This document shows positions 13,435 to 24,410 of a DNA stretch of 51,307 nt, in pieces. Where the stretch lies: assembly GCA_032718475.1 (NCBI GenBank), contig JAUCBJ010005761.1, positions 1-51,307 of the forward strand. The letters run 5' to 3'. Under the pieces are notes generated by a model. It was not told the origin of the DNA and made no database searches. It saw only the letters and a program-made list of their open reading frames with translations. Both the position numbers and the translations under genes were made by a program. The first letter of the stretch is position 1. Each line of letters starts with the position of its first letter. This DNA comes from Nemertoderma westbladi. Its lineage: Eukaryota > Animalia > Xenacoelomorpha.

Positions 13435-13963
13435 TACGGATGCCCAGAAGGGCCATGTTGCGCACACACAGAATCTTAGATATGATTGCATATTTTTTGT
13501 GTACTCGAGACAGTAAATTTATCGTGTGCGCGCGACGGAATATGTCAGACTATTGTTCAATCTATTGTCAGGCTGTTGCCTTTTTTGAATTATCCTCCAA
13601 TTTTGAATTTCTAAATGTTTCCAAACCTAACCAAAGTTTATTGTTCTATTCACTATTCGTCGCCATAAACACACCCCAAGTGGTTCTAACTATCGCGCGC
13701 ACACCATAAATATTCCGTCTCACACACACTAAATCACAATTTCAAATTGCCCTCCAATTTCACACACACACAAAACATAAGTGGTTCTAACTGTTGCGCG
13801 CACACAAGAAATATTCCGTCGCGCGCACACGATAAATTTACTGTCGCGCGCACACAAAAAATATGCATAAAATATGTATATATGTATATGATGTATATAA
13901 TATATATGTATAAAATATAAAAGATTTTGTCTGTGCGCAACATGGCCCTTCTGGGCTTCCGTA
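13435..13963. mobile_element. Non-autonomous DNA transposon, IS3EU-like MITE
   Basis: 43-bp TIRs starting TACGG (TACGGATGCCCAGAAGGGCCATGTTGCGCAC.. / ..GTGCGCAACATGGCCCTTCTGGGCTTCCGTA); 6-bp TSD GTTATC at 13429-13434 and 13964-13969. TAYGG termini plus a 6-bp TSD are IS3EU hallmarks. Confidence 0.8.
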
Positions 13964-16288
13964 GTTATCTAACACTAACATTCACACTAACTTTGCTCTA
14001 ACATTCACTACTCAATGGGAAATAAATTTAAAAAGGCTTTCCTATCTACAATCTATAATAGGGCCTATCTATAAAAATGCTATTACTGTATGATACAGGG
14101 GTACATGTTATAATCTGGTGATTTGTTGGTAACAATGGAAAGATAACCATGCGAGGATTCCAAAAATATAAAAACATTTGAATTTGATAGGGGAAATAGC
14201 TGAGTTATGGGCATTCGAATTTGGCATGTTTTAGCTTCTTATGCAGTCCATATATTATATTTAATAAATACATAATATTCTGGAACATTTATTATTCCCA
14301 TACGTAGCTGGGCAACAATGCAATCTTTGCAATGGCTCTTTAATCATACTATTATGTAGCTATCCATACATAAATATAATGTTCTAGAATATCGTGTTTT
14401 TGTGTAATATAATAAAACAGCCTCGCCGCGCTGTTGAAAAACCACGCAACTTTTGAACACCCATATCTCAGCTACCTTTCAACATTTATATGGTGTTACA
14501 TATTTGGAATCCCGGCACGGCCAGATTTCTAACATTGCCAAGAAATAATTATAAGGTTGAAGAATAACTGCGGTGGAACTGGTACAATATCGACTTGATA
14601 TTATATATAAATTATATTATATATAAATTATATATATTAATATTGAATTATATCAACTTGATTGATTAAATATATTGAAATTGAAATAGGCAATTTTGTA
14701 AGAATTTACCAGAATACGAGGGGGGAGGGGAGGGTGTCAAGTCTCCCACCCTAGGTGTCACGTCCAAGTCTCCCAACATTGCAGGGAGACTTGACGCGTT
14801 TTCGAAAATACGAATTATTGGTTTAAGTTTAAGGATTGAAATTCTCAAACTCTCACATACTGTAATACTGTAATAATATTAATTATAGTGAGTTGAAGGT
14901 AATATATGGCCTTGTTAATTAGTTGTTACTAATTATTTCATATAGTAGAAATTAATGTTATATTTTGTTGACTAACTACGCCGACGGTGGTGGCAGAATT
15001 CTGTCACAATCTATCTTTAATCAAACATAATTTCAGGACATAAAATAACATCAATATCTAAAAACATGATTGTAAATAATAGATCATGATGACAAAGGCC
15101 TACAGTTTGACAACTACTGAACCATTTCTAAATTTAATTATTTAATAAGAACTTTACAATACGTTTTAGTATGTCAAGTGCTGCGCGAAAATCCCAACAT
15201 GTGTCTATTCCCAGTTGCGAATGGAGTGCAACTATGTGACTGCTCCCAATGTAGATAGGCAAGATAAATTTAGGTAGAAATGCTAAAGCTTGTTTGAAGC
15301 AAGTATTTATTAACGCAATTGATAATATTTTGGTGAATAATAAAGAAACAGAAGGATGAAAACAATTAAATCGGGCTTAAAACTGTGTAGCAGGGTTTGC
15401 ACAAGGCACCAGGTATTGTCGACATGAGAGTGTCAATTAGCTCTTTAAATACCTTCTCAAGCGATCTGATTGGTTAATAAGAATAAGAAGACTGCTGAGT
15501 GGCCAGTTAGTAACTTGTTGATCCGGAACTCCGGAAGGTGGAATGGGAACACTCCCGCTAGAGGTGTCTTAGCCAGAGAGTGATGTAAAGACAACAGAAA
15601 ACGTTCCGATCCAAAAGAGTTCCCGTTAGGAGGCACAGATAAACTGTAAGATAGAAACTGCGAAAGTTGGCTGGAAAGTTTTGTGACAACCTGGTGATTA
15701 TTTACATGGCCCAATAATAACCACCGTATTATACATGTAAACATAGTTTAATACAGCAGTCATGGCAGTCATGCAGACGAGCCAAGATCAGCTGATAATC
15801 AGGCAGGATCACTCACCCAGCTGCAAGCTGCCCAGCAAGTGCAGAGGTGAGTTGGAGTCTTGGCGTGGTTTGAGTTGATTGGTGACTACAGGTATCATCA
15901 GGTATGACTGTATGAGGCCGTCCAGATTTCTCCAGATATTATATTGAACTGCCCCTGTTATTATTGCTGTATTGATTTTGTTGTGGTTTTAAAAACCTAA
16001 ACTGCCTTTAGAGCGAATTATCAGTGCTGCAGTGTAGTTTAACTACAATCTGACAGTACTGCAGTAGAGTAGGCCTAGTTTAAATTAGGTACCGGTACTG
16101 TTCTGCTGTTTATGAGAAACTAACTTCGCCTGTCTGCCTATTCCAGTATTCCCCCCGATCTGCCGGTGGCATCATACCCATCATCTGTCAGATCAGCCCT
16201 TCGATAATATTATTTGAAAATAACGGCAAGGCAAATACCTCTGGACCTAGCGTTAAGGTGTAGGTACGTACAGGTCAGCAGGTGTACA

Positions 16289-17584
16289 ATGACTCGCCAT
16301 CGTATTGCCATGGTATCGGATTACTTCTACCCCAACCTAGGCGGGGTGGAGATGCACATCTACCAGCTGTCGCAATGTCTCATAGCGAGAGGCCACAAAG
16401 TCATCGTAGTGACTCACGCCTACAACGACCGTGTTGGGGTCCGCTACCTAACCTCCAACCTGAAGGTCTACTACCTCCCGCTTAGTACATCGTTCACCAA
16501 ACCAACCGTATTCCCTGCCATTTACACGACCACGCCGATATTCCGCCAGATATTCATCCGCGAGGGAATTACTATAGTACACGGCCACAGCGCATTCTCC
16601 ACGCTCGCTCACGAGGCCATACTCCATGCGCGGAACATGGCGATAAAGACGATTTTCACGGATCACTCTCTGTTTGGTTTCGCCGATACCTCATCCGTAC
16701 TCACTAATAAACTCCTGAAATTCACTCTAGCAGACAACAGCCACGTCATCTGCGTGTCCCACACCAGTCGCGAGAACACAGTACTCAGAGCTAAACTCAA
16801 CCCCCACGGTGTATCCGTGATACCAAACGCGGTGGATCCAACCCAATTCGTCCCGAATCCAGAACGCCGGCCAGACGACGGGACTATATCCATAGTAATC
16901 GCTAGTCGTCTTTGTTACCGGAAGGGGACAGACATACTAGCGGCGGTGATTCCCCCTGTCTGCGAGCGTTACCCCCGCGTCAATTTCCTGATCGCGGGGA
17001 GCGGGGATAAACGCATCCTTCTCGAGGAAGCTCGCGAGAAACACGGGTTGATCGAGCGAGTTAAACTCCTGGGCGAGGTGCAACACCACAGAGTCCCCGA
17101 GGTGCTGGCCCAGGGACACATATTCGTGAACACCTCGCTCACAGAGGCGTTCTGCATCGCTATAGTGGAGGCGGCCTACTGCGGACTGCAGGTTGTCAGC
17201 ACCAACGTGGGCGGCGTTCCGGAGGTACTCCCGGAGGGTCTCATCGAACTCGCGGAGCCCAGCGCGGACTCGCTGCTCGCCGCGATCTGTCGCGTCGTGG
17301 AACGCGTCGCTAACGGCGACGTACTGGATCCCCACGCGATACACCGCCGAGTTTCTCGGTTATACACCTGGCAGAACGTGGCGGAACGCACAGAACGCGT
17401 GTACAACGTGGTCGCTGAGCAAGAGGAACCGACCGTACGACAGCGGTTCCTAAAGTATAAAGCGATTGGCCCGGTATCCGGTTGGTTCTTTGTCTTCGTC
17501 GCCGCATCCGATCTGCTATTCCTATATTTATTACGTATATTTGTTCCCGATCATCGGGTACAAAGGGCTATCGATTTACATTAA
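16289..17584 (+). CDS. PIGA: Phosphatidylinositol N-acetylglucosaminyltransferase subunit A (GPI-GnT catalytic subunit), 431 aa from ATG 16289, intronless
   Basis: IAMVSDYFYPNLGGVEMHIYQLSQCLI, HGHSAFS, FTDHSLFGFAD, ICVSHTSRENTVLR, IPNAVD, SRLCYRKGTD, NTSLTEAFCIAIVEAA, STNVGGVPEVLP, C-terminal TM helix. The ORF track starts at a TTG (16214); the first ATG is 16289. Confidence 0.96.
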   Translation: MTRHRIAMVSDYFYPNLGGVEMHIYQLSQCLIARGHKVIVVTHAYNDRVGVRYLTSNLKVYYLPLSTSFTKPTVFPAIYTTTPIFRQIFIREGITIVHGHSAFSTLAHEAILHARNMAIKTIFTDHSLFGFADTSSVLTNKLLKFTLADNSHVICVSHTSRENTVLRAKLNPHGVSVIPNAVDPTQFVPNPERRPDDGTISIVIASRLCYRKGTDILAAVIPPVCERYPRVNFLIAGSGDKRILLEEAREKHGLIERVKLLGEVQHHRVPEVLAQGHIFVNTSLTEAFCIAIVEAAYCGLQVVSTNVGGVPEVLPEGLIELAEPSADSLLAAICRVVERVANGDVLDPHAIHRRVSRLYTWQNVAERTERVYNVVAEQEEPTVRQRFLKYKAIGPVSGWFFVFVAASDLLFLYLLRIFVPDHRVQRAIDLH

Positions 17585-18900
17585 ATTATTGTTTATATCA
17601 ACTCAACTATTTAATGGGGAAATATATTTATTTTATTACAAAATTTCAACATTAATAAGTCCGTTTTTGTATTGGGCATCAACAACTAGGGATGTTGCAA
17701 ATGTCATATTTTTGACATCCGCACGGATGCGGATGCGGATGTATATTAAAATACATATTTTTTCCTGGCCGCCTCCCTTCTACATAAAGTTTACACCAAC
17801 ATTTTAATATTCTAATCTTATATTCATATTATTATTCCCAATAAGCTAACAAGAGTCTAAGGTTATAGGAATATGACATAATGTAATTTCAATAATACAA
17901 CCAACAAATTTATTGCTACCAGTGAACCAGTGCTGATGCTCATTGCACCCGGACCAAATGCAATTACTACTGGCCAAGTTGTTATCTTGTAAGAAATTAT
18001 TTTTTTATTATTTTATATTTTGATAATTTAGGGCGGGGGGGGGGGGGGGGGGTGACTAATTCAGAAAAAAAAATATTTTTAATAATAATAATAATGTTTA
18101 TTAAAATGTGCACCGACTATTAAATAAAATGCAATTAATCAGTTTGTTGTCCGGAAAATTGATTTTTCATTTTCAACACCCCCCCCCCCCCCCTCGTCCA
18201 GATTTTTATGAGGATTTCAAAACTTCAAACCGTTTGTTAATAGCTACTACTAGGATAGTAGTAGCTATTAACAAACGGTTTGTTAATAGCTAATGTAGTT
18301 CAAAAGTTATGAGTAATAATGTTAACCTTACTCTGTGTAAATATATGTGAAAACTGTCTGTCTGTGATTGTGTTTCTGACGGGTCTAACGCCTACTATTT
18401 GGTCCGTGTTGCATAAACGTCCTTAGGGGGCGTTCATAAAGTATGTCACGCAAATTTTCCAGTTTTTTGACCCCCCCCCCTCCCACCCCACTGTCACAAA
18501 GTGTCACGCAATCTCGACCCCCCCCCCTCTGTCACAAAAAAAAATGTTTCCGTAAATTTATACCCCCCCTAGACGAAATATATTTTATTTCAATAATTTA
18601 ATAACAGTTAGAAAGCACAATAGAAAGTGAAACATTTTGACTGAAGTAGTTAAAAGCCTATAGATACTTTAGCAGCTTCAAACTACAGTACTGTACACGT
18701 ACAAGGCAGACTAGACAGGGGTGCGTTTTTATCAACTTTTAGATAAAACACGATACGAAAAAAATATGAAACTTTTTCGTATTTCGTATCGTATCTTGGA
18801 ATTTTCGTATCATATCGTATTTTCTATAAATTGTATTCGTATCGTATCGTGAGAAATTGGTTCGTATCGTATTTTCGTATCATATCGTATTTCAATTCCT

Positions 18901-19161
18901 TTCCTTCAATTGGTAGATAACAACAATAATTGTTATGGTTAGAAAAGCCTGCCTCTGTAACATGCTCCTTTCTCTCGATTGTTAGGTAAACAACATCGTT
19001 TATTGTTTCGTTTAGAAAATTCCGCCTCTGCAGGGAAAGGAATTTTCTAAAAGAAACAATAAACGATGTTGTTTACCTAACAATCGAGAGAAAGGAGCAG
19101 GTTACAGAGGCAGGCTTTTCTAACCAAAACAATTAACGTTGTTATCTACCAATTGAAGGAA
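18901..19161. repeat. Long inverted repeat (about 123-bp arms, 15-nt spacer)
   Basis: 18901-19023 (TTCCTTCAATTGGTAGATAACAAC...TTTAGAAAATTCC) pairs with 19039-19161 (GGAATTTTCTAAA...GTTGTTATCTACCAATTGAAGGAA) with few mismatches. Confidence 0.85.
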
Positions 19162-19289
19162 ATGAGTAGTTTACAGAGGCGGCTATTCTAAACAAAACAA
19201 TAAAACGTTGTTTTTACCTAACAATCGAGAGAAAGGAGCAGGTTACAGAGGCGTGCTTTTCTATCAAAACAATAAACACTGTTATTCAC

Positions 19290-20062
19290 ATCTTCCCACA
19301 TTCCCATCAAGCTTCCCACCTTCCTACAATCCCATGAACCTTCCCATCTTCCCACCCAGCCACCATCCCACATTGCCATCCACATTTCCCATCCACATTC
19401 CCACATTTCCATCTTCCTACATTCCCATCCACCTTCCCACATTCCCATTTCCCACATTCCCATCTTCCTCATTCCCACCCACCTTCCCACATTCCCACCC
19501 ACCTTCCCACATTCCCACCCACCTTCCCACATTCCCACCCACCTTCCCACATTCCCACCCACCTTCCCACATTCCCATCCACCTTCGCACATTCCCATCC
19601 ACCTTCACACATTCCCATCTTCCTCATTCCCACCCACCTTCCCACATTCCCATCCACCTTCCCACATTCCCATCCGCCTTCCCACATTTCCATCTTCCTA
19701 CATTCCCATCCACATTCATATCTTCCCATATTCCCATCATCCCACATTCCCATCTTCCTCATTCCTACCCACCTTCCCACATTCCCATCCACCTTCCCAT
19801 CTTCCCACATTCCAATCCACCTTCCCACATTCCCATCCACCTTCCCACATTCCCATCCACCTTCCCACATTCCCATCCACCTTCCCACATTCCCATCCAC
19901 ATTCCCATCTTCCTACATTCCCCTCCACCTTCCCACATTCCCATCCACCTTCCCGTCTTCCCACATTCCCATGCACCTTCCCACATTCCCATCTTCCTAC
20001 ATTCCAATCTTCCCACATTCCCATCTTCCTACATTCCCATCCACCTTCCCACATTCCCATCT
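19290..20062. repeat. Degenerate 20-bp minisatellite (CCCACATTCCCA[T/C]CCACCTT)n, strongly strand-asymmetric
   Basis: Tandem units are read directly; the plus strand is almost G-free. Confidence 0.92.
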
Positions 20063-20366
20063 TTTAGCGCTTTTAACAAATTATGTTCCTTCAATCTCAA
20101 TTTCGTATATTTTTGACTTGTAGTAATTTGAGCTGAGAATTCATGCATTTATGACACTCTAAACTGCTGGTCTGACACAATAAACGGGATTGCGCTAGTG
20201 TACCTGTCAACAAGGGCCGCTTACTGTATCGATCGCTTCCCCTTTGCCTTCCTCTCATAAGTTGGTTTACTCTATAACTTATTTGGTTCAATGCGGTATT
20301 TGATTATCTACACACACACACACCTCACTACACAACTTACAGTACTTTAATGTGTGTGGAGAGCAA

Positions 20367-21534
20367 TGTTCGCGCTTTTAGACCTTTAGCAGTTTAACCT
20401 GCCAAATTTAGGTGTCTTCTAGGTTATAAATCGACTTTAGCCTATAACAAGTATTTGATACACACAAAGTTACATTAGCCGAAGCCAGCCTATGCGCGAT
20501 CACTCACCCACGGTTAAGGGAGACTGGATTCGGATGCTCTGACCTTATTGCGGTGTAGGCCTACTGTACTATTCGATTGATCGTTAATATATAATCTCTG
20601 ACAAATATTATTAACTTTCGGGAAATATTAACAGTTCCTTTAGGACGTGGCGCTCTAAGTATGTAAACAGAGTTATGACTTACACTAAACACAACGGGAT
20701 GGCTAATGATTTACGTATAAAGCGCATTCTTTAGGAAATGCTTTGTTATCTATCACACTCATGCACAATACCGCACACTGCTGCACACTGATCTGCCGAC
20801 CTTCACTAATTTTAATCATATATAAGGAGAACAGCAACTGACACATGTAGGGTCTATGAAATAGCATTCAATTCACTCCAAAACCACTATAATGTAAGTC
20901 GCAATTGCTATATGTAACCGGTCTCTCTAACCTTCAGTATATCAAGAAGATTGGGTTTTCTGATTATTTATCGATATTCTCCAAATATAACAACATTCCA
21001 TCAACTGATAACAATTAATAACCGACAGTAAATAGCAGTAAAATAATGCGGTGAAAGGTATGTATAGCATTTGAGTCTGACCAGTTCGATAACAGTTATA
21101 CGTTTCTATGATCAAAGCCGTTCTAATGTTTGGCTAAAGTCTGAAACACAGAATAATTCCACAGCCGATGTTCTGGGCTCAGGAAAAAAGGTAAACAAAG
21201 ACCATAATGCATTGCGCGATTTCCCGGAGGCTTCTGTGCAAATAAAATGAAAATCGCTCTGATTGGTCGAGCCGAACAAAGAACAAAGAAAAGCTATACG
21301 TGGACATATCAGCTGATAGATGTCGTCATCTGAACTACACTGTATCAAGAGTATTTTGGCGTATTGCGGCATAAAATCGCTAGTTATGTCCGCTAAAGTA
21401 CACATACAGAAAAATTGCTTTTTATGTCCACTAAAACACCTACACAGTAAGAAAACGGCTTTTTATGTCCGCTAAAACACCTACAGAGTACTTTGCGGGA
21501 AAAATGACTAGCTAGATCCGTAAAAGCCTTTACA
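20367..21534 (-). repeat. 3' LTR of the pol-less element
   Basis: TGTTCGCGC...GCCTTTACA; matches 28521-29688; contains about three 40-bp TTATGTCC(G/A)CTAAA repeats in the putative U3 (21385-21490). Confidence 0.93.
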
Positions 21535-21544
21535 CCGCTCCCAG
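21535..21544 (-). other. Polypurine-tract-like sequence
   Basis: The minus strand reads ..TTTTCTGGGAGCGG immediately followed by the LTR start TGTAAAGG. Confidence 0.6.
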
Positions 21545-21612
21545 AAAATGGGATTTAATTCTATAAAATATAAAAAATCACAGTTTCTAAAATATAAAAA
21601 TACTCTAAACAG

Positions 21613-24396
21613 TTAGTCTTTCTTGTGAGGACGGCGTTTACGCAGTTTTTTGAGGCTAGCAAGAGTCCTTTTCTCTTTGGGGAGAGCCACTTTACTAGGA
21701 GGGCTATAACTCCTGGGTGAAGGGTGCAATACAATTGCATCGGAAGGTTTGGGATTACGGTCGGTGTATCCGCCGGTCGAGGTACCTGGTTGATCGATAT
21801 CAACCTCAGTGGAGCGAGGTCTAACGGCTTTTAGAGCACGTTTTGGGACAGCAGCACCTACTGGTCCCTGACGAGTCGTCTGAACGATAGCGGTAGGTGG
21901 ACCGTGAGTGGTGAGAAACTTCCTCGGTTTAATGGTTCTTTCCAACTCGCGTTCTCGGGCTCGATATTCGTAGGGCCGTCGATGTACTTCCTGTAACTCT
22001 GGATGCGAGTTGATGAACAAATCGCCATACTCCGGGTCTTGACGGATGAAATTGATCAAGTTGTATGAATTAATATCGTTAGGATTGATGTTCCTGAGAT
22101 ATTTACGAACAAATTTGGTGGAAATACACTCACCAACACGCTTCATTAATTCGTAACTCGGTGTGCGTGATTTTTGTTCAACAGACGCGAATAGATAAGG
22201 ATGGAACGCATAAACTCCTTCGTAGGCGCGTCCAGGATAATAGCGATGGCGTGACTCACAGTGTAAATCCGCATTCTCTTCCCAAGCTCGGATGTAGCGC
22301 AGGGTAATCACCTCATCTACGCTTTCCAGATCGCGGTTAAAAGGGCAATCAAAACTGGCATGTCCTTTAATTTGACAATGATGGCATTGAGTCATAAATT
22401 GGGGGCAGACTGCGAAAATGTGCAAGTTATTGAGTCTGCAATACGCGCAATAGATCTCCATCGCCGGTTGTTCGTGGAAATAGGAGCAGGGTACATCTGA
22501 GTCCATGGGGGTGAGATGATCTCTCGATGCGCATAATCGGCAACGTTTTCGAGAAATATAGTTGGCGTGCCGATAATCGTATGCGGTGAGACATCGTGGA
22601 CCTTGATACCATTCTAAGACGTAGTCGTTGTCGCTGCTCCGGGGCGCTGTAGGCTGAATCTCCTCGGATTCTAAGCATATTGGTTCATCTTCCAATTGCA
22701 TAGCTGAGATAGGTGCGGCTGTCTCCTCAAGCGAACCCACTGTCTGAACTTCCACGATAGAATAACCCGTGGGTATTCGAGGTCTTTGTATAACAGAAGA
22801 ATGTAAGTTCTGTATACAAACGTCCTTGAAAATGGCGAATCCAGCGCTGTCTAACTTCTCAGCTGCTGAGTCTCTTAGGCCGAGCTTAGTCAGAGCGCGG
22901 TCCTTGAACTGACTATCAACGTTACGAAACGGAGTCAGAAAGCGCCTGAAACATTCGAAGCGGATGAATTTATTGTGTTCATCTAGCTTGGCGAGTTTGG
23001 TTCCAAGTATTAAGGGATGGGCGCGTATGTTAACCTCGTGTACCATACGACGGACAAGATCCGCTCTATTGTCCGGAGGTTCAATGAGTATACCGTCGAC
23101 ACGAGCGGCCTCGATTGGCGGACGTTGCAACATAGGAGCGTCAGCGATAAGATTTCGAGATCTTAGGTTGATATCAACCGGTTGAGGTTGTGCCGTGGCG
23201 AAGAGTTTGTCTCCGAAATGGGGAACCATCGAAGGATGGATGATGGTTTTAGAATAGAGATCAGTCATAAGGATTTGAGCTTCTGGCTGGGCTAAAGCTG
23301 CTTCTTCTCTCTCATCCATTTCTATGTGTTTCTCCTCGAGCTGATTTTCCTCCGCTTGTTGTTGTAAACGCTCGTCTAGGAACTCTTGTAGAGAATAGGT
23401 TCGTCCACGTTCGATGTCTTCCTCGAGGTTCTGGATTTCTCGATCGAACTGGGGTAAAGCTAATTCTTTCACCGCTTGGACTTGTTGCTGCAATTTGCAT
23501 TTCTCTAGACAATCGTAAGTTCCTTTTCCGATCTTCTGCCGAATAGCGTCTAACGTGTTTCGTACAACGCTCTCCTCGACTTCGGTGACGGGTTGCATCG
23601 GGGTTAAACCGGGACGATTGTACGGGTTGAACGGCGATATTAGATGCCCGCGTCCCAATCCGGCTAGGTAGGAAGGGCGAATATCTAACGAGCCCACTAC
23701 CGGAGTGCCACCGATTAATTGTTCGGGTAACACAAGATCTTTAAATAGCGAGTACAGTTCAGGGGGATCCATTATACTATTAGGATCAAGCGTTTGAGGT
23801 CTCACTAAGGAATCAGGAGGTCTGACAGAGTATTCCAGAACTCTGATCATGGGTTTATTTAAGGATCGTTTGAGTCGAGCGAGCGTAGGTGATACATCGA
23901 ACAAGTTTCGCTCGATACTTCCATAAGTATATCGTGTAAAACTGTGTTTAGCGCAACGTCTCCGCGGATGTTTATGTCTTTCCGTTTGCTGATTGGGTCT
24001 AGGGCATTCATCGCAGTAATACCAAAGACGCACATCCTGCAGGGGAGACGCGGGTGATCGTTCTCCAGTTTTACAATATTCCTCCATCTGTTCGAAGCTA
24101 TCTGGGACGACAGGTAGCGGTCGATCGGCGGTAAGATACATCATAGTGAAATAGAGTCGTTTGAGTTCTATCATATGGTCATGATGTATACCTTGAGGAT
24201 ATCGAGTTTCTAGATTTTGTTGACTGGCAATATTGAGATATGTTTCTCTCAAGAATTCCAGATAATCGTTGAAGTCGCTGCGTTTATCCGGCTCTTCAAC
24301 GTCTTCTCTTTCGAGTCTGTTCCGAATAGAATTCTCATGTTCTATTCTCGGTTTATCGTTCCGACTCCGCTGGGTATGATATTTAAATAAAACCAT
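21613..24396 (-). CDS. Element ORF2, 927 aa: novel protein with a Cys/His cluster and CCHC zinc knuckles, an acidic coiled coil and a C-terminal basic NLS-like tail
   Basis: CRLCASRDH..C, CAYCRLNNLHIFAVC and CHHCQIKGHASFDC (canonical CX2CX4HX4C) at 22345-22542; N-terminal CDEC..H..RC; ends KKLRKRRPHKKD; no YxDD, D(S/T)G, DDE or TM segment recognised. Confidence 0.75.
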   Translation of the reverse strand: MVLFKYHTQRSRNDKPRIEHENSIRNRLEREDVEEPDKRSDFNDYLEFLRETYLNIASQQNLETRYPQGIHHDHMIELKRLYFTMMYLTADRPLPVVPDSFEQMEEYCKTGERSPASPLQDVRLWYYCDECPRPNQQTERHKHPRRRCAKHSFTRYTYGSIERNLFDVSPTLARLKRSLNKPMIRVLEYSVRPPDSLVRPQTLDPNSIMDPPELYSLFKDLVLPEQLIGGTPVVGSLDIRPSYLAGLGRGHLISPFNPYNRPGLTPMQPVTEVEESVVRNTLDAIRQKIGKGTYDCLEKCKLQQQVQAVKELALPQFDREIQNLEEDIERGRTYSLQEFLDERLQQQAEENQLEEKHIEMDEREEAALAQPEAQILMTDLYSKTIIHPSMVPHFGDKLFATAQPQPVDINLRSRNLIADAPMLQRPPIEAARVDGILIEPPDNRADLVRRMVHEVNIRAHPLILGTKLAKLDEHNKFIRFECFRRFLTPFRNVDSQFKDRALTKLGLRDSAAEKLDSAGFAIFKDVCIQNLHSSVIQRPRIPTGYSIVEVQTVGSLEETAAPISAMQLEDEPICLESEEIQPTAPRSSDNDYVLEWYQGPRCLTAYDYRHANYISRKRCRLCASRDHLTPMDSDVPCSYFHEQPAMEIYCAYCRLNNLHIFAVCPQFMTQCHHCQIKGHASFDCPFNRDLESVDEVITLRYIRAWEENADLHCESRHRYYPGRAYEGVYAFHPYLFASVEQKSRTPSYELMKRVGECISTKFVRKYLRNINPNDINSYNLINFIRQDPEYGDLFINSHPELQEVHRRPYEYRARERELERTIKPRKFLTTHGPPTAIVQTTRQGPVGAAVPKRALKAVRPRSTEVDIDQPGTSTGGYTDRNPKPSDAIVLHPSPRSYSPPSKVALPKEKRTLASLKKLRKRRPHKKD

Positions 24397-24410
24397 TTCC
24401 CTTTCGGTGT

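Noticed and set aside
16214-16288. N-terminal 25-aa extension of PIGA in the ORF track
   Set aside because: Starts at TTG; in a eukaryote the first ATG (16289) sits just before the conserved IxMVSD motif.
5060-17584. Prokaryotic, viral or HGT origin of the intronless genes
   Set aside because: B9D2, PIGA and TDP1 are eukaryotic, animal-like sequences with poly(A) signals, interspersed with animal TEs; there is no operon-like packing.
17688-18900. Single transposon-like ends (TAGGGATG.. at 17688, GGGGGCGTTCATAAAG.. at about 18425, CAGGGGTGCG.. at 18717)
   Set aside because: Matching opposite TIRs and TSDs could not be found, so boundaries are unsupported.
19208-20116. 302-aa Pro/His/Phe-rich ORF and overlapping minus-strand Gly/Trp-rich ORFs
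   Set aside because: By-products of a stop-free 20-bp minisatellite; no domain, and open in several frames.
21112-21405. 97-aa ORF present twice (also 29266-29559)
   Set aside because: Lies within the LTRs; its duplication is explained by LTR identity; no motifs.
22840-22860. LDSAG in ORF2 as a possible aspartic-protease active site
   Set aside because: Not D(S/T)G, lacks the preceding hydrophobic strand and the downstream ILG-D motif at proper spacing.
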